This document shows positions 39,182 to 50,260 of a DNA stretch of 64,000 nt, piece after piece. Every line of letters begins with the position of its first letter. The stretch's first letter is position 1. Below the pieces are notes generated by a model that made no database searches, was not told the DNA's origin, and was given only the letters and a program-made list of their open reading frames with translations. Made by a program: the position numbers and the translations under genes. The stretch comes from Planctomycetota bacterium (lineage in GTDB: Bacteria; Planctomycetota; B15-G4; JADJEK01), in contig JBGAIQ010000021.1 of assembly GCA_044225365.1 (NCBI GenBank), forward strand, positions 1-64,000, read 5' to 3'.

Positions 39182-39427
39182 TCAGCGAATGGATTTCACG
39201 ATCCAGATCACGAGCACCGTGCCGCCCGTGGCGAGCAGGATGTGGCCGAGGAGGGACGTCGCGGGGAGGCCGATCTTCGGTCCCACCCAACCTCCGAGAA
39301 TCGCGCCGAGGCAGCCGAGCAGGAGCGTGCCCACGAGTCGCGGGCGCGGGACCTTGAGTAGCGCGGTCGCGAGCAACCCGGCGACGAGCCCGGTGACGAG
39401 GAAGATCAAAAGGCTTTCGACGTCCAC
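39182..39427 (-). CDS. GlsB/YeaQ/YmgE (transglycosylase-associated) membrane protein
   Basis: LIFLVTGLVAGLLA...LLGCLGAILGGW...ILLATGGTVLVIWI. Confidence 0.8.
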   Translation of the reverse strand: MDVESLLIFLVTGLVAGLLATALLKVPRPRLVGTLLLGCLGAILGGWVGPKIGLPATSLLGHILLATGGTVLVIWIVKSIR

Positions 39428-39458
39428 GCGACGACTCCGATGCGATGCGGTTGCGTTC

Positions 39459-41459
39459 CTACAAGGAAAGGTCCGGAAGTCGCGTCGCACCATTGCGATC
39501 GACCCGGAGCAGCTCGATCCTATCACCGCGTAACGACGCCACCATCAGCGTCGGAGCCGAACCGTCTTTCGACGGAACGATCGCGAGCGATGGTCCCGGG
39601 CGGCGCGCTTCCACGTGCGGCGCACCGAGCGGGAAGAGGAAGCGCGGTGAGTCGCTCCCGTCGATGACGAATGCGGGTGGTCGACAGACGAAGAGCGTCG
39701 GCGCTGACCCGTCGACCTCGAGGAATGCGAGAAGGCTCGACGTGGCGGGGATGCCGAACTCGAGTTCGCGATCGAGCGCGAACTTCCCATTGCCCAACAA
39801 TCGGAAAGCGGTGGGTCGGTTCGACGCCGCGCCCGTCACGAGAAGATGCTCGACGCCACTCGATTTCGACCGCGCGACGCCGATCGGCCGTCCCGGGTCG
39901 AGCGGCAGAGCGAGCCGAGCGAGCAAGGACGCGCGGTCGTCGAGGAGCAGGCAGTACGGAGCGGTGAGCGGCCCGAAGTCGACGAGGTACTCCGGCCGAC
40001 CGTCGCCGCGAAGATCGACGGGGGTCACGCGGAACCACTCGAACGTCGCGGGCAGGTCGAGCTGCTGGCGTGGCAAGGTGCCCGCCGTGCCGTCGAGCTT
40101 CGCGGAGGCGACGACGAACTCGCCCTTCGTCGTCCGACCGCAGACCAGGATCTCGTCCTGGAAGATCGGGAGCGCGGAGACTTGGAGCGGTCGATCGGGC
40201 GGATCGAGCGTGCTCTCGATCGTCGACCAGTCGCCGCGACCAGGATCGAGGACTCCGAGCAGCACCTTTCCCTCCGCGACGCAGGCGACGATGAGATCGT
40301 CGCTCGTACTCCCGGCGCGCCTCAGCGGCGCGATCGCGGGGAGCGAGATCGTCGAGGGCTGCGCTGCATTCGTGGGAAGGAGGACCGAGTCGGGCAGCGC
40401 TTTCGTGGCCATGAGGCCGTTGCGGAGTTCGATGGCGAAGCGGTGGAGTCCGATGGGATTGAGGTGGATCGAATCGGGCCCGGGAAGTGGATTCGAATAC
40501 AGCTCGACCGGATTGTCGTTCGCGAGTGCCGCTCTCAGATCGACGCACGCAATCGAATCCCTAGCGCAGCGATCGACGATCGCGCGGGCCTGTTGATCGA
40601 GCCTTCGCGCTTGCTCGAGGATGTAGCCGTCTCGCGATCGATCGACTTTGGCGAGCGAGCCCTCGCGGAATCCATTCGGCTGGGTGATCGCGACGAACTT
40701 GCTTCCACGGCGCTCGCAGAGCTCGGCAGCGCGAAAGACGATGTCGGCGTACGCATCGGCACTCACGCGTTCGGGTACCGCCGAGGCGGAGAAGCCGAGG
40801 AACGAACGCCGCTTTCCCACGATCCAGCGCTCGACGAACCGTCCGAGGCGGAATCGACACGCTTCGAAGTGCAGCTTGCCGAGGAGAGTGGATCGGGCGT
40901 TCGCGATCTGTTCGTCCGTTGGGCCGTTCCCGAGCGCATCCTTCGCGTTGTTGTAGCCGAAGCAGAACGTGACGAGGTCCGGCGAGTAGGCGATCAACTC
41001 ACGTTCGAGGAAGGCGAGCCCTTGGACTGCGGAGAAACCCGGGACGCCCGCATTCATGATCTCGACGCGCTTGCCGTCGATTCGACTCGGGAGGACCGAA
41101 CGCAGTTCGTCCGGGTACGACGTGAAGTTGCCAAAAGCCGTCGAGTCGCCGACGCAGATGATTCGATATACGTCCTTCGGCTTGTCGCGCGCGGGGAGAT
41201 CGCCTCGCAGGCCGAGTTCGTTCGTGGTGAACGAGAGTCCATTGAGATCGAAGTGCTGGTTCGGCGCGAGCCGCCAGAACAACTCGCGGTCTTCGATCGT
41301 CGCATTGCGCATCGGATCGGACTTGCCGAAGCTGAGCTGGAGTGGCCCCGACCCGTCGAAGTCGAGCCGATACAGGGCGAACTCCGCGCTGCAAAGCAGG
41401 AGCAGGGGCGTCGCCACGGCGATCGCGAGTTTCGATCCGAGGTTGTGCGGTAGTCTCAT
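39459..41459 (-). CDS. Membrane-anchored SGNH/GDSL hydrolase with C-terminal beta-rich extension
   Basis: TNELGLRG, CVGDSTAFG, NAGVPGFS, FGYNN, DSIHLN. Confidence 0.85.
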   Translation of the reverse strand: MRLPHNLGSKLAIAVATPLLLLCSAEFALYRLDFDGSGPLQLSFGKSDPMRNATIEDRELFWRLAPNQHFDLNGLSFTTNELGLRGDLPARDKPKDVYRIICVGDSTAFGNFTSYPDELRSVLPSRIDGKRVEIMNAGVPGFSAVQGLAFLERELIAYSPDLVTFCFGYNNAKDALGNGPTDEQIANARSTLLGKLHFEACRFRLGRFVERWIVGKRRSFLGFSASAVPERVSADAYADIVFRAAELCERRGSKFVAITQPNGFREGSLAKVDRSRDGYILEQARRLDQQARAIVDRCARDSIACVDLRAALANDNPVELYSNPLPGPDSIHLNPIGLHRFAIELRNGLMATKALPDSVLLPTNAAQPSTISLPAIAPLRRAGSTSDDLIVACVAEGKVLLGVLDPGRGDWSTIESTLDPPDRPLQVSALPIFQDEILVCGRTTKGEFVVASAKLDGTAGTLPRQQLDLPATFEWFRVTPVDLRGDGRPEYLVDFGPLTAPYCLLLDDRASLLARLALPLDPGRPIGVARSKSSGVEHLLVTGAASNRPTAFRLLGNGKFALDRELEFGIPATSSLLAFLEVDGSAPTLFVCRPPAFVIDGSDSPRFLFPLGAPHVEARRPGPSLAIVPSKDGSAPTLMVASLRGDRIELLRVDRNGATRLPDLSL

Positions 41460-41542
41460 CCGACCTCGGAAGGAGGATACAAGAAGACGCGCCCGATCGT
41501 TAAAACCGCACCGACTCCGTCGATGGGGAGTCTCTTCCAACC

Positions 41543-42742
41543 GTGCGAAATCTCATCTCCCACGTCTCCTCGGCCTACAAAGGCCTGCCGAGCGCCGCTT
41601 GGCGCCTTGCGTTCGCTGCTGCGATCAATCGCAGCGGCACGATGGTGCTGCCGTTCCTTGCGATGTACTTGACCGAGAAGCGCGGATACACGCCGTTCGA
41701 GGCCGGACGGCTTCAGTCGATCTACGGAATCGCCGCGATCGCCGGCACGTGGCTCGGAGGAGCGCTCTCGGATCGGATCGGCGCGAAGCGAGTTCAGATC
41801 TCGTCGCTCGTTTCGACCTCCGTGTTCTTCCTCGTCTTCTCGCAGCTCACGTCGACCTGGGCGATCGCCCTCACGTTGTTCGTGCTCGGGGTGAGCAACG
41901 AGTCGCTACGCCCCGCCAACCTGACGGCCGTCTCCCTCATCGCGAATGAAGAAGTCCGCACCCGCTGCCTCGCGCTCCTTCGGCTCGCCGTCAACTTCGG
42001 TGTCACGTTCGGATGGCTCATCGGCGGCTCGCTCGCGGAATACGGCTTCAAGCCGCTGTTCTTCGTCGATGCCGCGACGTGTCTCATCGCGATGATGGTC
42101 ATTCGGACGCTCGAGATCCCGCACGAGCCGCGCCCGAAGGGTCAGCGCCCGCGCTGGCTCTCATTGCATCCGTTCCGCGATCGATGGTTCGTCGCGGCGA
42201 GTTTGCTCTTCGTGGTGCTCGCCATCGTGCTGTTCCAGATGGACAGCTCGCTACCGATCTACATGCGAAGCGAATACGGCGTTTCGAAGCGAGGTTTCGC
42301 CACGTTGATCGCCATCAACACGATCCTCGTCTCGACGCTCGAGATGAGCCTCGTGAAGCGCCTCGAGAAGGAGCGACCGTTGCCCCTCGTCGGAATCGGC
42401 GGTCTCTTGCTGTGCGTCGGATTGGGAATCCTGCCGTTCGGTCGAAGCTACGGCTATGCGGCGTTCGCGATCGTGATCCTCACGTTCGGCGAGATGCTGT
42501 GGGCGCCGTTCATGACGAGCTTCGTCGCGCACCGATCGCCTCCGCAACTGCGAGGGCAATACATGGGCGTATACTCACAGCTCATCGCTCTCGCGCAAGC
42601 CTTCGCGCCGGCGATCGGAACCGCGTTGTATACGTTCCATCCCGAGCTGCCGTGGTGGACCTGCCTCGCGCTCGGGCCGGTCCTGCTCGTGGGATTCAAG
42701 GCGATCGGAACGCGGGTCGCGAGCGAGCCCGCGCCCATTTGA
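41543..42742 (+). CDS. MFS transporter
   Basis: INRSGTMVLPFL, GGALSDRIGAK motif A, ~12 TM, RGQYMG. Confidence 0.93.
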   Translation: MRNLISHVSSAYKGLPSAAWRLAFAAAINRSGTMVLPFLAMYLTEKRGYTPFEAGRLQSIYGIAAIAGTWLGGALSDRIGAKRVQISSLVSTSVFFLVFSQLTSTWAIALTLFVLGVSNESLRPANLTAVSLIANEEVRTRCLALLRLAVNFGVTFGWLIGGSLAEYGFKPLFFVDAATCLIAMMVIRTLEIPHEPRPKGQRPRWLSLHPFRDRWFVAASLLFVVLAIVLFQMDSSLPIYMRSEYGVSKRGFATLIAINTILVSTLEMSLVKRLEKERPLPLVGIGGLLLCVGLGILPFGRSYGYAAFAIVILTFGEMLWAPFMTSFVAHRSPPQLRGQYMGVYSQLIALAQAFAPAIGTALYTFHPELPWWTCLALGPVLLVGFKAIGTRVASEPAPI

Positions 42743-42754
42743 CGGCGGTCGATC

Positions 42755-44844
42755 TCAGGGAGCCTGACCGGCTCCCGGGACGACTCGCGCGCAGAAACCG
42801 AATTCGCCGTTGCCTTGGTTCACCTTGATGAGGAGCGTGTTCTTTCCGGCCTTCAGGGTGACGTCGATGCTGTCCTCATCGATGTGAACGCCGCGATCGA
42901 CGTTCTTCGCGAACTTGAATTCGCCGTTCACCCACACCGCGCAGCCGTCGTCGCTGCCGACCTTCACCTGGGCGGGGCCTTGATCGGCGTCGAACTCGCA
43001 ATACGCGTAGGCGCAGCAATCGTCGTGGGGGTTCATGAGCGGGCGCAGATCGATGATCCCGTCGAACGTTGCGAGGTTGATCGGATGCCAGGCGACGGGG
43101 CCGTTCTTGCCCTCGACGCGCGCGGAAAGATCGACCTTGTCGCCAAAGGGATGCGTTTCGAAATCCGCGTCGGTCGCGTGCTTCAACGGCCCGATGATCT
43201 GCCAGTCGGAGAGGAACCCGGCCTTCTTGAGCAGCGACGAAGGATCGCCGCCGAGCTTCTTCACACGGTCGAGCGCCGCCTTGCGAACCGAAGTGGACGA
43301 GCTGCCGAGATAGGCCTGACCGATCACGTCGATCGCGATGGCCTTGTCCTGTTTGCTGAGCGTAGTGCCGAGGACGATCTTCGTCCGGCCTACATCATCG
43401 GCAAGTCCCACGTCGCTCGAGAGCGCATCGATCCACTCGAGGGCGGTGGGATCCTCGATCCGCTGAACGAGATGCAGGAGGTCGCGACCGACGTGCTGCG
43501 AAGGATGCTGGGCGACCATGTCGCGCAGCAGATCGAGCGCGGCCTTCTTGTCGTTCGAACCGATCTGGGTCTCGGCGGCAACGAGGCAAGCAGCGTGCGC
43601 GGCGTCGCGCTCTTCGCCGGCCTCGTCCTTGGCGATCGCCAGGAACTCGCGGGCCTGTCCCATCGAGGCCGTCGGCGCCAGGATTCGCATCGCTTCGGCG
43701 CGCACTTCGGGAATCGGGTCCTTCAACCCGGCCGTGAGGACGTCCTCGTGCTGCGGGTCGTTCTTGAAGAGGATTCGCAGAAGCGCGGGACGCAGCGACG
43801 GATCGCCTTGCCAGAACGACTCGCGAAGCAGCGCGATCGTGCCGGATCCCGACAGCGTCAACAGCGCGGTCTCGGCGGCGGCGCGCACGGCCGCATCCTG
43901 ATCCTTCAGCGCGTTCGCGAGTGCGTCGACGTTCTCCTTCACCGGCACGGTGAGGCTCGCTTCGACCTTTGCGAGGCCGAGAGCCGCCGCGGATCGGTGG
44001 TGCGGCATCGGAGCCGAGAGGAGTTTGGCGTAGAGCGTCTCCGCCGTCTGCGCGTCGCCCTGCGCGGCTCGACGCTCGGCGAAGATGAGCAGATCATCGA
44101 CCGTCGCGTTCTTCGTGGGATCGAGAGCCGCGAGGAGGATGTCCTTGCTCTGCGCGTCGCCGATGCGGGCGAGCGCTTCGCGCGCGGCGGCGGCGTCGAC
44201 CGGATTCTTGCTCGCGGCGAGTTGCGCGAGCGGAGCCGCCGCCGAGAGCGCCTTGCGCCGTCCGAGCGAGCGAGCGATGTCGGCCTTGCGATTCGGAAGC
44301 GCCGTCGCGAGCGCCGCGATCAACGCGCGTTCGGCATCCGGGTGAGCGATCATCTCGAGCGCGCGTCGCGCGCCTTCGCGGCCGTCGTCGCGCTCGAGGT
44401 GCTTCGCGAGTCGAGCGATCGAAGCGGAGTCGTTCACGACGAGCCCGAGTTGGCGGAACAATTCGCTCCGCATCGAGCCAGGGAGTTCGGTATCGAGCAC
44501 GTCGAGGAGCGCGTTGGAGACCGCTGCGCGCTTGCTCTCGTTGCCCGGCCTCAGCGCGTCGGTGACGAACGCCGCGTAGGCGAGCTGCACGCTGCGGATC
44601 TGATCGGGCAGCGCGGGAACGAACGCTTCCGCGCGAATGAGCGGGATCGCCTCCACGGGCAACTGCGCCGCATTCGCGGCCGCGGCCGAGCGGATCTCGA
44701 GGTCGTTCGACTGGAGGCCAGCGAGGAGCGCGCTCATCTCCTTCGAGAGCGCGTGCGTCTCTTGCTTCTTCTCGGGCGTGGTGCAGGAGGAGAGCGTGAC
44801 GGCGACGATGAGCGCACTTCGAAGCGAGAGGGTCTTCATCTTCA
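42755..44844 (-). CDS. HEAT-repeat lipoprotein with C-terminal beta-sandwich domain
   Basis: TLSS-C lipobox; HEAT repeats; WQIIGP...VGSDDGCAVWVNG...LKAGKNTLLIKV. Confidence 0.85.
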
Positions 44845-44865
44845 TGGGGTCTCTCCTCGTTCCGA

Positions 44866-46161
44866 TCACAGGGTGTACGGGGCGCGCATCGGACGCGACA
44901 ACAGCCGGTTCGCGTCCTCGTCACCGACGAAACGCTCGGTCTTGGGATCGAAGTTCAGCTTGCGCTTCAGTCGCAGGGCGATGTTGGCGAGGTGGCAAAC
45001 GGTCGCGGAACGATGCCCGATCTCGACGTCGGAGATCGGCCGCTTGCGCGAACGAATGCAGTCGACCCAATTCCCGCGATGGTCGCGGCTCTCGTAGAGC
45101 TTGACGGCGCCCGTGCCGGGCTCGGTGTAGAGGATCTCGGCGGGATCGGCTCCGATGCGCTCGCGCGATACGAAGATCGTCCCCTCCGTTCCCTCGAACG
45201 TGACTCCGTTCTCGCCGCTGCTGCGGCACAAGAGCTCCACACCATTCGCGTAGGTGTAGTTCACGTCGAACGTGAGCGCGCTGTCGTAGAGGCCATGCGT
45301 CGGGAAGACGGCACTTCCGGTCACGGTCGACGGGCCCGAATCCTCGTCGGTACCGATGCCCCATTGCGCGATGTCGAGGTGATGCGCGCCCCAGTCGGTG
45401 AGCTTTCCGCCGGAGTAGGCGAGGATCCAGCGGAAGTTGTAGTGGCAGCGATTCGGCGAGTACGGAACGTACGGCGTCTGACCGAGCCAGCGATCCCAGT
45501 CGAGCCCCGCGGGCGGACTGAGGTTCGGCTCCCATCCCATCGCTGGGCCTTCGCCGATCGTGGCGATGACGCGCTTCAGTTTGCCGATCTTGCCGTTGCG
45601 CACGAGGTCGCAAGCCCAGTGGAAGCGGTAATCGGAGCGCTGCTGCGTGCCGACCTGGAAGACGCGTCCATACCGGCGTGCGGCGTTCGACATCGCGCGG
45701 CCTTCGGCGATCGTGAGCGAGAGCGGCTTCTCGCAATACACGTCCTTGCCCGCCTCGCAGGCGTGAACGGCGGCGAGCGAGTGCCAGTGATCCGGAACGA
45801 CGATCTGCACCGCATCGATGTCGTTGCGGTCGAGAAGCTCGCGATAGTCGTTGTATCCGTCCGCCTTGCCGCCCGCGCCCGCCACCATCGAGAGCGCTTG
45901 ATCGAGGTGGTTCTTGTCGACGTCGCAGAGCGCGCGCACTTCGAAGTCCGGCATGCCGAGGATGCTCGGGAGATGCCAGCCGCGGCCGAGATCGCCGCAG
46001 CCGATGAGGCCGTATCGCAGCTTCGAGTTCTTGTCGACGCGCCGCGTCATGAACGAGCGCGCGGCAGCCGTCTGCATCCCTTCGAGGGCGATCGCGGTCG
46101 CCGCCGCTCCCTTGCCGAGAGTCTTCAGGAATCCGCGTCGACCGAGTCGAGGATCACTCAT
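44866..46161 (-). CDS. Tat-exported Gfo/Idh/MocA oxidoreductase
   Basis: RRGFLK, GLIGCG, PDHWH, DVYCEKPL, QVGTQQRS, DWGAHHLD. Confidence 0.95.
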   Translation of the reverse strand: MSDPRLGRRGFLKTLGKGAAATAIALEGMQTAAARSFMTRRVDKNSKLRYGLIGCGDLGRGWHLPSILGMPDFEVRALCDVDKNHLDQALSMVAGAGGKADGYNDYRELLDRNDIDAVQIVVPDHWHSLAAVHACEAGKDVYCEKPLSLTIAEGRAMSNAARRYGRVFQVGTQQRSDYRFHWACDLVRNGKIGKLKRVIATIGEGPAMGWEPNLSPPAGLDWDRWLGQTPYVPYSPNRCHYNFRWILAYSGGKLTDWGAHHLDIAQWGIGTDEDSGPSTVTGSAVFPTHGLYDSALTFDVNYTYANGVELLCRSSGENGVTFEGTEGTIFVSRERIGADPAEILYTEPGTGAVKLYESRDHRGNWVDCIRSRKRPISDVEIGHRSATVCHLANIALRLKRKLNFDPKTERFVGDEDANRLLSRPMRAPYTL

Positions 46162-46344
46162 TGCGCGCTCCAGCGGGGGTTGCCGATTCGGGGCCGTCAC
46201 CCTACGCCGGACACTCGCGTGGCGCAACGGCGGGGATGGCGATGAAAGCCGGAACGCAGCTGGGGGTTCCTGCGGGGAGGAGAAGGAAGACAAGACAGGA
46301 GAAGAGCCGCGCTGGAGCGCGGCGGTCCAAACGGCCCCGCTCTT

Positions 46345-46449
46345 CCCGACGGCCTCGACCGTCCCGACGGCCTCGACCGTCCCGACGGCCCCGACCGTCC
46401 CGACATTTGCCCCGATCCCGCCCGTCCCGACATACCCAACGGTCCCGTC
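46345..46449 (+). repeat. Intergenic 9/18-bp tandem repeat
   Basis: (CCCGACGGCCTCGACCGT) x2 plus further degenerate CCCGAC-based 9-mers. Confidence 0.8.
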
Positions 46450-46454
46450 GGTTC

Positions 46455-46617
46455 ACAGCCCGTTGAACAACTCGGCCGGCATTCGCCCGGCTGCGAAGCG
46501 CCAGGACATCGTCGGACATCGTCGCCATATCGCTCCACTGATATGCCTCCTCTGTCCTCCTCGTCCTGACGCTTCTCGCTCGGTCTCGGCGCTCGGCCGA
46601 CTCGTTCGACGGGCTGT
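46455..46617. mobile_element. MITE-like element, 24-bp imperfect terminal inverted repeats
   Basis: ACAGCCCGTTGAACAACTCGGCCG (46455-46478) versus CGGCCGACTCGTTCGACGGGCTGT (46594-46617), 21/24 complementary; no ORF. Confidence 0.6.
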
Positions 46618-46631
46618 TAAGGAGTGAGTTG

Positions 46632-47999
46632 TTAAGGGAATTCCCAGTCCGCGATGCTGGAAGGGGTGCGGTCGCCAAGATGCGCGGCGAGACGAGCGAG
46701 GACCTTTGGTTCCTTCACCGCGAGGTCCGTCGTCTCGTTCGGGTCCTTGCGAAGGTCGAACAGCTCGCGAGTGACCGCGCCATCCTTCTTCTTCTTCTCG
46801 CCGCGAACGACGAGCTTCCAATCGCCGTCGCGCACCGCGCGCCAGCCGCCGCCCGAGGAATGCTCGAAGTAGAGCGAGCGGGGCGCGAGCGACTTGCCTT
46901 CGAGCCACAGCGAGCCGAGATCCACGCCCTGCGATTTCACGGGCGGGGCGGCGCCGCAGAGCGGCGCCAGCGTGGCGAACAGATCGAACAGCGCGACGGG
47001 GGAATCGGCCGTGCTCCCCGCCTTCACGTGTCCCGGCCAGCGCACGATCAGCGGACAGCGGATCCCGCCGTCGTAGAGCTGGCCCTTCACGCCGCGCAAG
47101 TCGCCGTTGCTCTTGAAGAAACGCGTGTCCGATCCGGCGGCATCGAACGTGCCGCCGTTGTCGGAGGCGAGGATCACGATCGTGTCCTGCGCGAGCCCGA
47201 GTTCGTCGAGTTTCGAGAGCAGCGTGCCGACGTCTCGATCGAAGCGACTGACCATCGCGGCATACGCGGCATGCGGCGTCTTCTGCGGTTGGTAACCCTG
47301 GCCCTTCTCGTACGGCGTCTCCGGGAACTTGCCGTTGTATTCGGCGAGCGAATCGTCGGGGACTTGCAATGCGAGGTGCGGCACCGTCGTCGCGTAGAAC
47401 AGGAAGAACGGCTCCTTCGCGTGGGTCGTCAGGAACTCGATCCCCTGCTTCAAGAAGAGGTCGGCCGCGTACGTCTTGCCATCGAGTTCGATCGTCTTCT
47501 CATCGTCGAACAGCGACTTCGGATAGTGATCGTGCGCCGGCACTTGACCGATGAAGCCATAGAAGCGCGAGAATCCCTGCGTGAGCGGCGACCCCTCGCT
47601 GTCCATCGGCCCGAGACCCCACTTGCCGATGCAGGCGGTGGCGTAGCCGGCTCCTTTCAAGGACTCCGCGAGCGTGAATTCGCCGGCCCGCATTGGCCAC
47701 TCGGCGTCGTTGCCCTTTCCACTGCCGCGATTGTCGCGGATCGCGGCGTGCCCCATGTCGCGACCGGTCAGTAGCGCGCATCGCGACGGTGCGCAGACCG
47801 GAGCGCCGCAGTACGCGATCGTGTGCCGCAAGCCTTGCGCGGCGAGATGATCGATCTGCGGAGTCGTGATCTTCTTCTGCCCGTAGCAACCGAGGTCTCC
47901 CGAGCCGAGGTCGTCGGCGAGGATGAGGAGGACGTTCGGTTTGCGGGCCGGCGCGGGAGGAGCAAAGGCGACGAGGCTGAGGGCGATGGCAAGGAGCAT
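46632..47999 (-). CDS. Arylsulfatase (Cys-type)
   Basis: KPNVLLILADDLG, CAPSRCALLTG, GKWGLG, SDNG. Confidence 0.95.
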   Translation of the reverse strand: MLLAIALSLVAFAPPAPARKPNVLLILADDLGSGDLGCYGQKKITTPQIDHLAAQGLRHTIAYCGAPVCAPSRCALLTGRDMGHAAIRDNRGSGKGNDAEWPMRAGEFTLAESLKGAGYATACIGKWGLGPMDSEGSPLTQGFSRFYGFIGQVPAHDHYPKSLFDDEKTIELDGKTYAADLFLKQGIEFLTTHAKEPFFLFYATTVPHLALQVPDDSLAEYNGKFPETPYEKGQGYQPQKTPHAAYAAMVSRFDRDVGTLLSKLDELGLAQDTIVILASDNGGTFDAAGSDTRFFKSNGDLRGVKGQLYDGGIRCPLIVRWPGHVKAGSTADSPVALFDLFATLAPLCGAAPPVKSQGVDLGSLWLEGKSLAPRSLYFEHSSGGGWRAVRDGDWKLVVRGEKKKKDGAVTRELFDLRKDPNETTDLAVKEPKVLARLAAHLGDRTPSSIADWEFP

Positions 48000-48239
48000 G
48001 GCGGAAGGGTACCCCGAAGCGAAGTGGGTTCGAGGCCTGCGTCGTGGGTCGAAGGCTTTGCGAACGTCTTCGCGCCTGAGCGAACTCGAGTCGTCATTTC
48101 GAATCGACAAAATCACCGTGACGTGGTGATTTTGTCACCAACCTGCGAAGAAACACCCCAGAGCGCGTCGAACGAGCCCAAGTGGGCGCGGCAGAGTGGA
48201 AAGAGCACGATTACATAATCCTACGCCGCCGAGAAGTTC

Positions 48240-48390
48240 GGAGCGGACGCTCGCCGCGATCCCGCGGCCTCGGTTCGTGCGCGGGATCGTTCTGTACACC
48301 GGAACCGAAGTCGTGAGATTCGCGGAGAACCTGATCGCGGTTCCGATCGCCTCGTCATGGCGAGGCGGAGACAGCGAACCACGGCCCTGA
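48240..48390 (+). pseudogene. C-terminal remnant of AAA ATPase/DUF4143 protein
   Basis: RFVRGIVLYTGTEVVRFAENLIAVPIASSW resembles the typical end of that family; rest absent. Confidence 0.55.
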
Positions 48391-48448
48391 TGACGGGGAC
48401 GACGACTCCTGCAACCGTCCCACGAAGGCAGGACAGAACTCGGAGCGA

Positions 48449-50191
48449 TCACTTCATGCGCAGTTCGAGGTGATGGGTGCGCCCGTCGCGCAAGGGGATG
48501 GAGACGTAGTACTCGCCGCGGGGATCTTCCAAGCGCTTCCCGTCGAACCAGATCTCGCACGAATCGATGAACAGGAAGAAGGATCCCTCGAGGCATCCGT
48601 AGTCGCCTGGGGGCAAGGCCGGGGAGACGAAATGGGATCGCTCGTCGAGTTGGAGGAGGACGAGACGGCCGGCGCCCAAGCACTCGATCTGGGATCCGCC
48701 GAGGGCCTCCTTGGGGTTGAGAAGGGGTTTCCCTTCCTTCGTGATCTCGCCCTCGAGGAATCCACCCACCCGCAGCTCGACTCGAAGCGGTTCGCTCTCC
48801 TTGCCCGTGACGTAGACCTGCGGCAGACTCGTAAACGGTTGACCCGTTGCGGTGACGCGGATCTCGACCATCGTGTCGGGAAGATGTTCGATGCGACACC
48901 GACCGAGCGCATCCGTCCTCGCGCGTGCGATGGGTTCTCCTTCGAGCTGCGGTGAGAATTCGACGAGGACTTCCGCGTCGGGAACCGGGCGACCTGCATC
49001 ATCGACGACGATCACGTCGCGGTGCACACCTTCATCGAAGACGACCAAGGTCTCGTTCGCGTCCGGTGTCGGGATGTCGAAGCGGACTCGCTTCGGAGCA
49101 AGTCCCTCCGCCCGCAACCAGCATTCGCGACGGATTGCCGCGGAGGGAAACAGGGAGGCTTCTGCGCCGAATCGGACACGGAACTCGCCGTCGTCGGAAG
49201 CATCGAGGCGATGATCCGTGATCGGCTGCAGAACGTAGTTCACATCCCGCACGCGAACCGGTCTTGGGTCGTCGCCCCATATCGCGCGGCCGCGAATGTC
49301 CGCCGCTGGCCGCATCTCGATGTGCAGAGGCAAGGGACCGGAATTCAATCCCGTCGTCTTCGGGACGAACCCGGCGGCGTAGGCGGTGATCCTCGAGAGA
49401 TTCGCAGGACCGAGGGGCATGGGTCCGAGGACGAACTCGCCGCGCGCGTTGGTCCGCGACGTGCACCTCGTCGAGTGATTCAGCGGGTCGCCCGGTGTGA
49501 GCACCTCGCCGATCAACGTGGCTCCTTCGATCGTCTCGCCATCCGCGTCGGTGACTTTGCCCCTCACTTCGATCGAAGGAACGAGATCCAATGCCACGGT
49601 CGTTGGAAAGGCTGTCGTCGAGTCGAGCTCGATCGCCCGTGACACACGTTCCCCGTGGCGTGCTTGCAGGGTCAGGTTCGATTGCGGAGCAACTCCACCC
49701 AACTCGAATCCACCGCGATCGTCCGTCGCGAGCAAGCGACGTCCGAATCCGCCGCAAACGCACACCAAGGACTCGCCGATGGGCTCACCGCGCTCATCGC
49801 GCACGGTCCCAGAAAGCCAAGGGACGAAAGACTGTGTCGACAGCATGCCGAGATCGATGACCCCGTCTTCGTCGGGCAACGCAACGGTCGATTCCAGTCG
49901 CGAGAGGCCATCCGGCCCCCCACCGTAGACGCTGTATGTCGTCGCCTCGGGAAACTCGATGCAGAAGCGGCCGTCCACGCCGGTCAGGGTCGACAGCGGC
50001 GGCGTCCAACTCGGAGTATTCGTGGAGTCGTATTCGGCGAATAGAACACGGAAGCCGCCAAACGGCACTCCCTCCGGCGTCACCACGCATCCGCGGACGA
50101 CGAACGGGGGGCCCGAGTCCCCGCTCCTCGCGATCGCGCAGGGAGTCGTCAGCGCGATCGCGAGGAGCGATGCAATCCCGGAGTTCACCAT
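48449..50191 (-). CDS. Secreted carboxypeptidase-regulatory-like (beta-sandwich) repeat protein
   Basis: Repeated GTVRDERGEPI / GKVTDADGETIEGA / VVDDAGRPVPDAEV and TDxxGxF motifs. Confidence 0.85.
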   Translation of the reverse strand: MVNSGIASLLAIALTTPCAIARSGDSGPPFVVRGCVVTPEGVPFGGFRVLFAEYDSTNTPSWTPPLSTLTGVDGRFCIEFPEATTYSVYGGGPDGLSRLESTVALPDEDGVIDLGMLSTQSFVPWLSGTVRDERGEPIGESLVCVCGGFGRRLLATDDRGGFELGGVAPQSNLTLQARHGERVSRAIELDSTTAFPTTVALDLVPSIEVRGKVTDADGETIEGATLIGEVLTPGDPLNHSTRCTSRTNARGEFVLGPMPLGPANLSRITAYAAGFVPKTTGLNSGPLPLHIEMRPAADIRGRAIWGDDPRPVRVRDVNYVLQPITDHRLDASDDGEFRVRFGAEASLFPSAAIRRECWLRAEGLAPKRVRFDIPTPDANETLVVFDEGVHRDVIVVDDAGRPVPDAEVLVEFSPQLEGEPIARARTDALGRCRIEHLPDTMVEIRVTATGQPFTSLPQVYVTGKESEPLRVELRVGGFLEGEITKEGKPLLNPKEALGGSQIECLGAGRLVLLQLDERSHFVSPALPPGDYGCLEGSFFLFIDSCEIWFDGKRLEDPRGEYYVSIPLRDGRTHHLELRMK

Positions 50192-50260
50192 GACGGCATC
50201 TTCGGCGGCGAACGCATCGACCGGTGTAATTCGGTAGTAACGAGCGCGTCGCGACCGGCG

